The translations under genes and the position numbers were made by a program. Of a stretch of DNA of 32,000 nucleotides, positions 23,666-32,000 are shown piece after piece (positions within the stretch are counted from its first letter, which is position 1; each line of letters starts with the position of its first letter). This DNA comes from Alkalilimnicola ehrlichii MLHE-1. GTDB taxonomy: Bacteria; Pseudomonadota; Gammaproteobacteria; Nitrococcales; Halorhodospiraceae. The stretch spans positions 1,380,001-1,412,000 of the forward strand of contig NC_008340.1 in the NCBI RefSeq assembly GCF_000014785.1. The letters are read 5' to 3'. The notes beneath the pieces were generated by a model. It was not told the origin of the DNA. It did not search any database and saw only the letters and a list, made by a program, of their open reading frames with translations.

Positions 23666-24795
23666 AGCCCCACCAGGTTGAACAGGATGGAGAAGACGGC
23701 GTCGGTGACAATGACCAGGAAGATGGCCTGCACCACCGTGATGGTGGTGGCTCGGCCGACGCTCTCGGCACTGCCCTTGACCCGCATCCCCTGGAAGCAG
23801 GCGATGCCGACGATGATCAGTGCGAACACCGGCGCTTTGACGAGGCCGACCCAGAGGTGGGAGGTGGCGATGGCCTCCGGCAGGCGGTTGATAAAGTCGT
23901 GCATGGCCACGCCGAACATCAGGTCGGCCACCAGCATGCCGCCGAGAATGCCCAGGACGTCGGCATAGATGGTGAGCAACGGCAGCACCACCATCAGGGC
24001 CATCAGCCGCGGCAGGATCAGCATGTCGAAGGGGCTGATGCCCAGGGTACGCAGGGCGTCGATCTCCTCGGTGATCTTCATAGTGCCCAGTTGTGCCGCC
24101 CACGAGGAGCCGGTGCGCCCGGCCACCACGATGGCGGTGAGCATGGGGGCCATCTCCCGCAGCATAGTCACGCTGACCAGCTCCACCAGGAAGATGTTGG
24201 CGCCGTAACGCTCCAGGGTGTCACCGCCCTGGTACGCGATCACCAGGCCGGTGAGAAAGGCGAGCAGGCCGATGATCGGCAGCGCCTGGACCCCGGCCTT
24301 CTGGATCTCCGCGGAGAGCTGTTTCCAGCGAATCGTCCAAGGGCGGAGGAGGCGGGGCAGGGCCTCCAGGGCGATCTCCCCGATGAACGCCAGGAACGCC
24401 CAGAAGTGCCCGAGCCGGATCACCGTCTGCCGGCCCAGGCGCTCCAAGGGCCCCGGCGGCGGCGGGGGCGGGCGGCGTTCACTGACCGCACGCTCGGTGA
24501 AGGCGAGCAGGCCGTCCATGTGCTCCGGGCGCTCCTCCCCCAGCCTCACGCTGTCGCCGCGCTCGCGCAGTCGCTCCTGCAGCCGGTGCAACTGCCGGGC
24601 ACCGGTCAGGTCCAGCCTGCCCATGGCGCTGGCATCCAGGGTCCAGCCCCCGGTTCGTGGCGGTGGCAATGTGCGCAGGTCCTGGCCGGCCAACCGGGTC
24701 AGGCCCGTGCGGGTCCAGTCACCGCTGCATTGGATGAGCCCTCGGACCTCATCCCAACTCAGCCCGGCCGTTTGTGCTTGCATGTCCCTGGTCAC
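23662..24795 (-). CDS. MlaE-family ABC transporter permease with N-terminal STAS-like extension
   Basis: The C-terminal ~260 aa (LPIIGLLAFLTGLVIAYQG...REMAPMLTAIVVAGRTGSSWAAQLGTMKITEEIDALRTLGISPF...GMRVKGSAESVGRATTITVVQAIFLVIV) is the MlaE pattern. The N-terminal ~110 aa (CSGDWTRTGL...LDLTGARQLHRLQERL) looks like an anti-sigma-antagonist/STAS fold, followed by RRPPPPPPGP. Start is uncertain (GTG at 24795 or ATG at 24783). Confidence 0.85.
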   Translation of the reverse strand: MTRDMQAQTAGLSWDEVRGLIQCSGDWTRTGLTRLAGQDLRTLPPPRTGGWTLDASAMGRLDLTGARQLHRLQERLRERGDSVRLGEERPEHMDGLLAFTERAVSERRPPPPPPGPLERLGRQTVIRLGHFWAFLAFIGEIALEALPRLLRPWTIRWKQLSAEIQKAGVQALPIIGLLAFLTGLVIAYQGGDTLERYGANIFLVELVSVTMLREMAPMLTAIVVAGRTGSSWAAQLGTMKITEEIDALRTLGISPFDMLILPRLMALMVVLPLLTIYADVLGILGGMLVADLMFGVAMHDFINRLPEAIATSHLWVGLVKAPVFALIIVGIACFQGMRVKGSAESVGRATTITVVQAIFLVIVTDAVFSILFNLVGL

Positions 24796-24912
24796 TGCCT
24801 CAGTGTCCCTGCCTTGGTCGTTGGGGCGGCCGGCGCCCCACCGGTGGGGGCACCCTTGGGAGGCCCTTTGGTGCTACCATTCGCACGGGTAAGTTATCGC
24901 TAGAGGTGTGAA

Positions 24913-26454
24913 GTGAGCAACGGCAGTGATGCCATGGAGACACAGGCAGAGTTACTTGCGGCGCTGCGGAACCCCCGGGTCTACCCCTGGCCGGCGGAAG
25001 GCGTGGAGGTCATAGAGACCCACATCTCCACCGTTTTTCTGGCTGGAGACCATGTGCTGAAGATCAAAAAGCCGCTGGATCTGGGCTTTCTGGACTTTAG
25101 CACCCTGGAGCGACGGGCCTGGTGCTGCGAGGAAGAGGTGCGTCTGAACAGCCGGCTCGCGCCCGATTGGTATCTGCGCGCGGTGCCCATAACCGGCCGT
25201 GCCGACGCGCCGGCGCTGGAGGGTGACGGCGAGCCGCTGGAGTGGGGGGTGCTGATGCGCCGTTTCCCCCAGTCGGCCCTGATGGATGCCCGGCTCGAGC
25301 GCGGAGAACTGCCGGTGACGGTCATGGAGGACCTGGCGCGGGTGGTGGCCGAGTTCCATGCCGAGATCCCCGGGGCGGGGCCGGATACCGATTACGGCTC
25401 GGTGGATTCGGTGCTCGCGCCCATGCTCCAGAATTTCGAGCAGCTGCGGGGGTTGGAGGCGGCCGGGGCCGACCCGGCCGCGTTGGACGCCCTGGAGGCC
25501 TGGACCCAGGCGCAGGGGGATGAACTGGAAGAGCTGATAGACAGCCGGTTCCAGGGCGGATTTGTGCGCGAGTGCCACGGGGACCTGCACCTGGGTAACA
25601 TCGCCTGGCATGAGGGCCAGGTGATTGTCTTTGACGCCATCGAGTTCGAGCCCTACCTGCGCTGGATCGACGTCGCCAACGAGGTGGCGTTTGTGATCAT
25701 GGACCTGGACCACCGCGGCGCCAGTGATCACCGCCACCGGTTCCTGAACGCCTACCTCGAACACACCGGCGACTACGGCATGGTCCGCCTGCTGCGCTTC
25801 TATGCGGCCTATCGGGCCATGGTGCGCGCCAAGATCAACGGCTTCATGGCCAGCCAGGCGGAGGCGGGCAGCGATGCCCGCCAGGCGGCGCGCCAGCGGG
25901 TGACCGACTACATGGCCCTGGCCCAGCGCTACACCCAGCTTCGCCGCCCCGAGCTGGTCATCACCCATGGCCTGTCCGGGGCCGGCAAGACCCGCGTGGC
26001 CGGTGAGCTGGTGGCCGCCGAGGGCCATCTGCGCCTGCGCTCGGACGTGGAGCGCAAGCGGTTGTTCGGCCTGAGCCCGGATGCGCGCCGGGACGATGAG
26101 CCCGAGCAGGGGTTGTACACCGCTGAGGCCACCGAGCGTACCTACAGTCATCTGGAAGGATTGGCCCGGGAGATGCTGGAGGCCGGCTGGTCGGTGGTGG
26201 TGGACGCCGCCTTCCTCGACCCCCGGCACCGGCAGGCCTTCCGTGACCTGGCTGAGGAGTTGGAGTGCGACTTCCGCATCCTCGCCGTGCAGGCCCGGCC
26301 GGAGGTGCTGCGGGAGCGGGTCAAGGCCCGTGCTGATGCCGGTGGCGATGCCTCCGACGCCACCCTCACCGTCCTCGAGCACCAGCTGGCGGACTACGAG
26401 CCGCTGAGCGAAGCCGAGGCGGCGGTGGCGGAGGTGGTCCGAACGGACGGTTGA
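24913..26454 (+). CDS. bifunctional aminoglycoside-phosphotransferase-like (protein-kinase-fold) / P-loop ATP-binding protein, 513 aa
   Basis: The N-terminal half (ETHISTVFLAGDHVLKIKKP..., VRECHGDLHLGNIAW...VFDAIEF) has the APH/choline-kinase Brenner-type HGDLHxxN motif. The C-terminal half has Walker A GLSGAGKT and VVVDAAF, a Walker B-like motif. GTG start at 24913 with a GAGG RBS; ATG at 24934 is an alternative. Confidence 0.8.
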   Translation: MSNGSDAMETQAELLAALRNPRVYPWPAEGVEVIETHISTVFLAGDHVLKIKKPLDLGFLDFSTLERRAWCCEEEVRLNSRLAPDWYLRAVPITGRADAPALEGDGEPLEWGVLMRRFPQSALMDARLERGELPVTVMEDLARVVAEFHAEIPGAGPDTDYGSVDSVLAPMLQNFEQLRGLEAAGADPAALDALEAWTQAQGDELEELIDSRFQGGFVRECHGDLHLGNIAWHEGQVIVFDAIEFEPYLRWIDVANEVAFVIMDLDHRGASDHRHRFLNAYLEHTGDYGMVRLLRFYAAYRAMVRAKINGFMASQAEAGSDARQAARQRVTDYMALAQRYTQLRRPELVITHGLSGAGKTRVAGELVAAEGHLRLRSDVERKRLFGLSPDARRDDEPEQGLYTAEATERTYSHLEGLAREMLEAGWSVVVDAAFLDPRHRQAFRDLAEELECDFRILAVQARPEVLRERVKARADAGGDASDATLTVLEHQLADYEPLSEAEAAVAEVVRTDG

Positions 26455-26490
26455 CCGACCGTCACCCAACACCCCATGGAGACGTTGTAA

Positions 26491-27858
26491 ATGTCCGCAC
26501 CCGACGAGGCGGCAGTGGCAGAGCCGGTCACCCGCAAACAGGCGCTGGTGGACTGGGTCGCCGCCGGCTGCAAACCGCCAGAGGATTGGCGAATCGGTAC
26601 CGAGCACGAAAAGTTCGTGTTTCACCGCGGGGACCTGAGCCCCGTGCCTTACCAGGGCGAGCGCGGCATCGGCCAGTTTCTGGCCCGCCTGCAGCGGTTT
26701 GGCTGGGCCCCGGTGCACGAGGGCGAGCACATTATTGCCCTGAAGAAGGACAAGGGCAGCATCACCCTGGAGCCCGGTGGCCAGCTGGAGCTCTCCGGCG
26801 CCCCCCTGGAGAATATCCATCAGTCCTGCCGCGAGGTGCAGGAGCACCTGCGCCAGGTGGACGAGGTGGCGCGGGAGCTGGATTTGGGCATGATCGGGCT
26901 CGGTTTCCATCCCACGGCCCGCCGCGAGGACATCCCCTGGATGCCCAAGGGGCGTTACGCGGTGATGCGCAACTACATGCCCAAGGTCGGCACCCTGGGG
27001 CTCGATATGATGCTGCGCACCTGCACCGTGCAGGTGAACCTCGATTTCAGCTCCGAGCGCGATATGGTGCACAAATTCCGGGTGGGATTGGCCCTGCAGC
27101 CGCTGGCCACCGCGCTGTTCGCGAACTCACCCTTTGTCGAGGGCCGGCCCAGCGGCCTGCTCAGCTACCGCAGTCACGTCTGGACCGACACCGACAACGA
27201 TCGCTGCGGCATGCTCCCCTTCGTCTTCGATGAGGGCATGAGCTTTGAGCGCTACGTGGAGCATGTGCTGGACGTGCCGATGTACTTTGTCTACCGCGAC
27301 GGCCGGTATATCGACGTCGCCGGCCAGTCGTTCCGCGACTTCATGTGCGGCCGTCTGCCGGGGCTGCCCGGCGAGTACCCGCGGATGAGCGACTGGGAAG
27401 ACCACCTGTCCACGCTCTTCCCGGAGGTGCGCATGAAGCGCTTTATCGAGATGCGCGGTGCCGACGGCGGTCCCTGGGGGCGGCTCTGTGCCCTGCCGGC
27501 GTTCTGGGTCGGGTTGCTCTACAGCGATCGGGCCTTGGATGAGGCGCTGCAGTTGATCGCGGACTGGAGTGTGGAGGAGATCAGCGCCCTGCGCGAGCAG
27601 GTGCCGAGGGAGGGGCTGGCGACCCGGTTCCGCGGCGGCACCCTGCGCGAGGTGGCGCTGGAGGTGCTCGCCATCAGCCGTCGCGGCCTGGCCGATCGGG
27701 CGTGGCTGGACCGGCGCGGCCGTGACGAGGCGCACTTCCTCGACCTGTTGGACGGGATCGCCCAGAGCGGCCGTACCCCGGCGGAGGAATTGCTGGAGGC
27801 GTGGGCGGGGCGTTGGCAACAGGATGTGGCCCCGGTGTTCCGGGAGTTTGCTTATTAG
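26491..27858 (+). CDS. gshA: glutamate--cysteine ligase, plant/alphaproteobacterial type (GCS2 family)
   Basis: [81 protein letters not shown] and [10 protein letters not shown] are hallmark motifs of plant-type gamma-ECL. GGAGA RBS before the ATG at 26491. Confidence 0.9.
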   Translation: MSAPDEAAVAEPVTRKQALVDWVAAGCKPPEDWRIGTEHEKFVFHRGDLSPVPYQGERGIGQFLARLQRFGWAPVHEGEHIIALKKDKGSITLEPGGQLELSGAPLENIHQSCREVQEHLRQVDEVARELDLGMIGLGFHPTARREDIPWMPKGRYAVMRNYMPKVGTLGLDMMLRTCTVQVNLDFSSERDMVHKFRVGLALQPLATALFANSPFVEGRPSGLLSYRSHVWTDTDNDRCGMLPFVFDEGMSFERYVEHVLDVPMYFVYRDGRYIDVAGQSFRDFMCGRLPGLPGEYPRMSDWEDHLSTLFPEVRMKRFIEMRGADGGPWGRLCALPAFWVGLLYSDRALDEALQLIADWSVEEISALREQVPREGLATRFRGGTLREVALEVLAISRRGLADRAWLDRRGRDEAHFLDLLDGIAQSGRTPAEELLEAWAGRWQQDVAPVFREFAY

Positions 27859-27918
27859 CCCGATCCAGGGGCCCATCGGTCACGGGGGGATTGTCACGGG
27901 GCCGCACCGGGCATAGGC

Positions 27919-27937
27919 TTGTACAGGTATTGTACAG
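27919..27937. promoter_or_regulatory. direct repeat TTGTACAG-gta-TTGTACAG (11-bp period; TGTACA cores are palindromic), a candidate operator upstream of the DUF523-DUF1722 gene
   Basis: Read directly from the sequence, 21 nt upstream of the ATG at 27958 in a locally AT-rich patch. No cognate regulator gene is present in the window. Confidence 0.35.
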
Positions 27938-27957
27938 TTAGGTCCGGAGGGATCCCA

Positions 27958-28938
27958 ATGAGCCAGGCCAGCTTTATGCCGCCCCGTGACCACACCAAGA
28001 TCCCCGTTGGGATCAGCTCCTGCCTGCTGGGGGAGCCGGTGCGCTATGATCGGGGCCACAAGCGCAGCGCTTTCATCACTGATATCCTGGCCGCGTATTT
28101 CGACTTCCGCCCCGTCTGTCCGGAGGTGGCAATCGGGCTGGGTGTGCCACGGCCACCCATTCGGCTCGCCGGTGACCCGGAGCGACCGCGGGCGGTCGGG
28201 GTGCGGGATCCGCGCGTGGACGTCACAGCGCCGTTGCGCGCCTACGGCGAGCGCATGGCCGGTGAGCTCGATTACATCAGTGGCTACATCTTCAAGAGCA
28301 AGTCCCCCAGTTGCGGGCTGTTCCGGGTGAAGGTCTACGGCGAGTCGGGCAGAGCGCCCTCCGCGACCGGTCGCGGGCTCTACGCCCAGGCCATCACCGA
28401 GGCCAATCCACTACTACCCGTGGAGGAGGAGGGCCGGCTTAACGACCCGGTCCTGCGCGAGAACTTCATCGGCCGGGTCTACGCCTACCACCGCTGGCAG
28501 ACCCTCCTGGCCGAGGGGGTGACGGCGGAACGGTTGGTCGACTTTCACACCGCGCACAAGCTCATCCTGATGGCACACGGCCGTCAGGGCCTGCGGGAGA
28601 TGGGACGACTGGTGGCCCAGGCCGGCCACGGAAATCTGGAGCGGATCACGGAGGCCTACGGGGCGTCGTTCATGCGCACGCTGAGGCACAAGGCCACCCG
28701 GCGGCGGCACACCGATGTGCTCTTCCACCTGCTGGGCTACCTCAAGCGCACCCTGGAGAGCGACGAGAAGGCCGAGGCGGTGGAGCTGATCCACGACTAC
28801 CGGGAGGGGCGGGTGCCGCTGATCGTGCCTGTGACCCTGCTGCGGCACCACTTTCGCAAGCATCCCGAGCCCTACGTCGAGCGACAGCTCTATCTGCACT
28901 GGCAGCCGGCGGGCCTGGGGCTGTGGAACGCCATCTAA
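27958..28938 (+). CDS. DUF523 (TudS-like Fe-S) / DUF1722 (YbgA-like) fusion protein
   Basis: IPVGISSCLLGEPVRYDRGHKR...RPVCPEVAIGLGVPRPPIRL...IFKSKSPSCG is the DUF523 Cys pattern. VYAYHRWQ...LVDFHTAHKLILMAHG...LGYLKR...EAVELIHDYREGRVPLIVPVTLLRHH is the DUF1722/YbgA pattern. The ATG at 27958 is preceded by GGAGGG. Confidence 0.85.
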   Translation: MSQASFMPPRDHTKIPVGISSCLLGEPVRYDRGHKRSAFITDILAAYFDFRPVCPEVAIGLGVPRPPIRLAGDPERPRAVGVRDPRVDVTAPLRAYGERMAGELDYISGYIFKSKSPSCGLFRVKVYGESGRAPSATGRGLYAQAITEANPLLPVEEEGRLNDPVLRENFIGRVYAYHRWQTLLAEGVTAERLVDFHTAHKLILMAHGRQGLREMGRLVAQAGHGNLERITEAYGASFMRTLRHKATRRRHTDVLFHLLGYLKRTLESDEKAEAVELIHDYREGRVPLIVPVTLLRHHFRKHPEPYVERQLYLHWQPAGLGLWNAI

Positions 28939-28981
28939 CCCGGGCTGTTGACCCGACGGCCGGTACAAGGACGACGATGCA

Positions 28982-30238
28982 GTGATCGGTAACAAGATCT
29001 TACAGTTTCTGCTGCCGCCCCTGGTGATTGCCGCCGGGGTGGCCCTGTTTATCGGTCTGCGCGCCACCGCCCCGGAGACCGAACCGCAACCGGTGGAAGA
29101 ACCGGCCTGGACGGTGGACAGCACCGTCGTGACGCCGGCCCCGGTGGCGCCGCGCCTGCGTCTCTCCGGCCATCTGGAATCGCCGCGCACCAGTGCGCTG
29201 ACCGCGGCGGTGGAGGCGGACGTGATCGAGGTGTCGGCGCGCGAGGGACGCCGGGTGGCGGCCGGTGAGCGGCTGGTGCAACTGGACGGGACCGATCTGG
29301 AGCTGCAGGTCCGGGAGCAGAGGGCGGAGATCAACGAACTCCAGGCCCAGCTCGCCCTGGAGGAGCACCAGATTGAGGCCGACCGGCGGGAACTGGCCAG
29401 CGAACGGGAGCTGGAGGCCATCGCCGAACGGGAGCTGGGGCGCGTACAGCGGCTTGCCGACCGCGATCTGGCCTCCGGCTCGGACCTGGATGGGGCCCGC
29501 CGGGAGCTGGCGCAGCAGCGCATGGCGGTGAGCAGCCGCCGGCTCGCCGTGGATTCGGCGGAGAGTCGTCTGGCCCAGTTGGCGGCCCGGCTGGACCGGG
29601 CCGAGGCCCTGCATGACCGGCTTGCCCGCGACCTGGGCCGCACCACTGTGCGCGCCCCCTTCGCCGGGCGGGTGGCAGAGGTGAGCGTCAGCCCGGGGGA
29701 CCGCGTTCGCCCCGGGGAGCCGCTGGTCGAAGTCTATGACAGCGGGGCGTTGGAGGTGCGGGCCCATCTGCCCGCCGGCCGGATCGGCCCAATCCGCCGG
29801 GTGTTGGCGTTGGGGACGCCGTTGTCTGCAACGGCGGTGGTGGATGCCGAGCCCCTGCGCCTGGAACTGGACCGGCTTGGCGGTCGTTCCGACCGGGGAG
29901 AGGGGGGCGTGACCGCGCTGTTCCGGGTCACCGAGGGGGGGGAGGACCTGCCCTTGGGCCGTTTCGTCGCCCTGGAGGCCATGCTGCCGGTGGAGCCCGA
30001 TGCGGTGGTCCTGCCCTTTGAGGCCCTATACGGGACCCGGCGGGTCTACCGGCTGGAGGAGGGGCGCATGCGCGCGGTGGAGGTGGAGCGGCTGGGCGAG
30101 GCGCCGCTGCCCGACGGCCGGCGCGGGATGCTGGTGCGCAGCCCGGAGTTGACCGCGGGCACCCGGGTGGTGGTCACCCAGATTCCGCGGGCCATGGACG
30201 GGCTGCGGGTGCGCGATCTGGGGAGTGAGGCACCGTGA
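28982..30238 (+). CDS. efflux RND transporter periplasmic adaptor subunit (HlyD/MFP family)
   Basis: TM anchor ILQFLLPPLVIAAGVALFIGL, then AAVEADVIEVSAREGRRVAAGERLVQLD, a long coiled-coil hairpin, VRAPFAGRVAEVSVSPGDRVRPGEPLVEVYD, and beta-barrel and MP domains. GTG start at 28982. The 3' end overlaps the following RND gene (GTGA). Confidence 0.85.
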   Translation: MIGNKILQFLLPPLVIAAGVALFIGLRATAPETEPQPVEEPAWTVDSTVVTPAPVAPRLRLSGHLESPRTSALTAAVEADVIEVSAREGRRVAAGERLVQLDGTDLELQVREQRAEINELQAQLALEEHQIEADRRELASERELEAIAERELGRVQRLADRDLASGSDLDGARRELAQQRMAVSSRRLAVDSAESRLAQLAARLDRAEALHDRLARDLGRTTVRAPFAGRVAEVSVSPGDRVRPGEPLVEVYDSGALEVRAHLPAGRIGPIRRVLALGTPLSATAVVDAEPLRLELDRLGGRSDRGEGGVTALFRVTEGGEDLPLGRFVALEAMLPVEPDAVVLPFEALYGTRRVYRLEEGRMRAVEVERLGEAPLPDGRRGMLVRSPELTAGTRVVVTQIPRAMDGLRVRDLGSEAP

Positions 30239-32000
30239 TCCGCGGCGACCGCGCCGGCGGCCTGGCTTGGTTTTCCCGCCACCCGGTGGCCGCCAACCTG
30301 GTGCTGATCCTGATGGTGGTCGGCGGGCTGTACTCTGTCACCCAGCTCAATACCCAGTTCTTCCCCAACTTCGAGCTGGACATTGTCAACGTTGAGGTGG
30401 AGTGGCAGGGCGCCACCGCCGAGGACGTGGCCGACGGCATCACCCGCCCGTTGGAGGATGAGCTGCGGGACCTGGACGGCCTGCGGGAGATGGTCTCCAC
30501 CTCCGCCGAGGGGATAGCGGTGATCACCCTGGAGTTTGCCGAGGGCACCGACATGGCCCAGGCGGTGGAGGACGCCAAGGAACGGGTGGGTCGGGTGCGC
30601 AATCTGCCTCCGGACTCGGAAACCCCCACCATCAACCGCATCACCCGCTATGACCCCATCGCCCGGGTGCTGCTCACCGGCGAGGTGCAACCCGATGAAC
30701 TGCGCGGCCTCGCCCGCAGCCTGGAGGAGAGCCTGCTGCAGAGTGGGGTGGCGCGGGTGCAGGTCACCGGCCTGCCGGCGGAGGAGATCCGCATCACCAC
30801 CCGCAATGAGCGGTTGCTGGACCTGGGGCTCTCCTTCGACCGCTTCGCCGGTCTGATCGCCAGTCAGAGCCGGGATCTGCCCGCCGGCGAGGTGGGCGAG
30901 GCCGACGTCGCCCGCCAGTTGCGCAGTCTGGAGCAGCGGCGCAGCGTGGCGGAGTTCGAGAACCTGCAACTCGCCATCGACGGTCGTAACATCCTGCTCG
31001 GCGACATCGCACGGGTGGAACGCCTGCCCCGTGACCGGGAGGTCGAGGTCTATTTCCAGGGCCGGCCGGCGGTGGAACTGCTGCTGGAGCGGGCCGAGCA
31101 GGAGGACGCCCTGGACAGCGCCCGTATCCTCGAGGAGTGGGTGGCGGAAACCCGGCCCACGCTGCCGCCCGGTGTGGAACTGCAGGTCTTCGATGAATCC
31201 TGGGAACTGATCAGCGAGCGCATCGGCCTGCTGGTAAAGAACGGCCTGGGCGGGCTGATTCTGGTGGTGGGCATCCTGTTCATCTTCCTCTCGGGGCGGG
31301 TGGCCTTTTGGGTCACCGTGGGCATCCCGGCCTCCTTTCTGGCCGCCCTGACCGTGCTCTGGCTGGTCGGCGGCAGCATCAATATGATCAGCCTGTTCGC
31401 ACTGATCATGACCCTGGGTATCATCGTCGATGACGCCATCGTCGTGGGCGAGGACGGGCTCTCCCACTACCAGCGCGGCGAGAGCCCCTTCCAGGCCTCG
31501 GAGGGCGGTGCCCGGCGTATGTTCCCGCCGGTGATCGCCTCCTCGCTGACCACCGTGGCCGCCTTCCTGCCACTGATGGCCGTGGGCGGTGTGATCGGCA
31601 ATATCCTGTTCGATATCCCCTTGGTGGTGGTCTGCGTCATCCTGGCGTCGCTGGTGGAGGCCTTCCTGGTGTTGCCAGGCCACCTGCGGCGCTCCTTTGA
31701 GGCCATGCAGCGGGCCGACGGCGGCTGGTCCGGACGGATCTGGCGCCTGCTTCGCCGGCAGCGGAGACAGCCTGCAGCGGAGGCTGGCGGCCGGACGGGG
31801 CCGCCCGGGCCCGGTCCGGTCCGCCGGCGTATCGACGGCGCCTTCGATACCTTCCGCGACCGCTACTTCATTCCGGCCGTGCGCCGGGCGATCGCCTTCC
31901 GCTGGACCACCATTGCCGTGGGCATCGCGCTGCTGATCGGCTCTGTGGGCCTGGTGGCCGGGGGGCGGATCGCCTTCACCTTCTTCCCCACCGTGGAGGG
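30235..32000 (+). CDS. efflux RND transporter permease subunit (AcrB-family; 3' end outside the window)
   Basis: This gene is not in the ORF track because frame 1 stays open to the window edge. My translation from the GTG at 30235 gives VIRGDRAGGLAWFSRHPVAANLVLILMVVGGLYSVTQLNTQFFPNFELDIVNVEVEWQGATAEDV... and later ISLFALIMTLGIIVDDAIVVGED, which are classic RND motifs. It is coupled to the upstream adaptor gene. Confidence 0.9.
   Translation, partial: MIRGDRAGGLAWFSRHPVAANLVLILMVVGGLYSVTQLNTQFFPNFELDIVNVEVEWQGATAEDVADGITRPLEDELRDLDGLREMVSTSAEGIAVITLEFAEGTDMAQAVEDAKERVGRVRNLPPDSETPTINRITRYDPIARVLLTGEVQPDELRGLARSLEESLLQSGVARVQVTGLPAEEIRITTRNERLLDLGLSFDRFAGLIASQSRDLPAGEVGEADVARQLRSLEQRRSVAEFENLQLAIDGRNILLGDIARVERLPRDREVEVYFQGRPAVELLLERAEQEDALDSARILEEWVAETRPTLPPGVELQVFDESWELISERIGLLVKNGLGGLILVVGILFIFLSGRVAFWVTVGIPASFLAALTVLWLVGGSINMISLFALIMTLGIIVDDAIVVGEDGLSHYQRGESPFQASEGGARRMFPPVIASSLTTVAAFLPLMAVGGVIGNILFDIPLVVVCVILASLVEAFLVLPGHLRRSFEAMQRADGGWSGRIWRLLRRQRRQPAAEAGGRTGPPGPGPVRRRIDGAFDTFRDRYFIPAVRRAIAFRWTTIAVGIALLIGSVGLVAGGRIAFTFFPTVE

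Noticed and set aside
24952-27072. 706-aa minus-strand ORF, the longest unannotated ORF in the track. It spans the antisense of both the APH/P-loop kinase gene and the start of gshA.
   Set aside because: - The translation is Arg/Gly/His/Pro/Gln/Leu-rich low-information sequence with no recognisable motif.
- It crosses an intergenic region.
- The plus strand encodes two proteins with clear family motifs and RBSs.
- This is a classic antisense shadow ORF of high-GC (GC3-rich) genes.
31690-31830. Arg/Gly/Pro-rich segment (RIWRLLRRQRRQPAAEAGGRTGPPGPGPVRRR) in the second RND pump, considered as a possible insertion or frameshift artefact.
   Set aside because: It lies in the cytoplasmic linker between the two halves of RND pumps, which varies in length and sequence. 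The frame stays open, and typical RND sequence resumes after it (FRWTTIAVGIALLIG...FFPTVE).
1-32000. Mobile elements, integrases, tRNA/rRNA genes, toxin-antitoxin pairs and known defence-system genes.
   Set aside because: - No translation in any frame showed transposase (DDE), integrase (tyrosine or serine recombinase), Cas, restriction or TA-type motifs.
- No terminal inverted repeats or tRNA-like cloverleaf sequences were noticed.
- Composition is uniform apart from short AT-richer promoter patches.

Overview
High-GC (roughly two-thirds G+C by eye), densely coding chromosomal segment with gammaproteobacterium-like gene content, probably from a halophile given the ectoine genes and acidic protein tails. 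I support 29 CDS (2 truncated by the window edges). I saw no rRNA, tRNA, CRISPR array, transposase or integrase. All family assignments come from motif recognition in the supplied translations; no database search was possible.

Gene order:
- Partial Lpd-like flavoprotein, then a cNMP-binding protein (-).
- DUF77 gene coupled to a small membrane protein, then an orphan KamA-family radical SAM aminomutase.
- RND efflux pair 1 (adaptor + pump).
- ExeM/NucH-type secreted nuclease, then an LpxR-family protein (-).
- ectC (+) converging on ectB and ectA (-).
- tsaB.
- znuA (-), a Zur box, then zur-znuC-znuB (+).
- A minus-strand operon of ABC ATPase, FtsX/MacB-type permease and DUF3299-like lipoprotein, preceded by a second Zur-like box.
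- hisI, preceded on the same strand by an MCE/Mla-type operon (permease, ATPase, MlaD, PqiC-like lipoprotein).
- APH/P-loop fusion kinase, plant-type gshA and a DUF523-DUF1722 protein.
- RND efflux pair 2 (pump truncated at the window end).

The most interesting signal is a zinc island. Next to the canonical znuA/zur-znuCB locus sits a Zur-box-fronted MacB-like ABC system. Its permease carries an 80-residue tract with 28 His, encoded by a 12-nt tandem repeat, and it is partnered with an Ig-like/DUF3299-like lipoprotein. The mechanism of this transporter class in metal homeostasis is unresolved.

The second notable feature is the ectoine cluster. ectC is inverted relative to ectAB, and the two units share one bidirectional terminator.

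Many long ORFs in the six-frame track are antisense shadows typical of high-GC DNA and were rejected.
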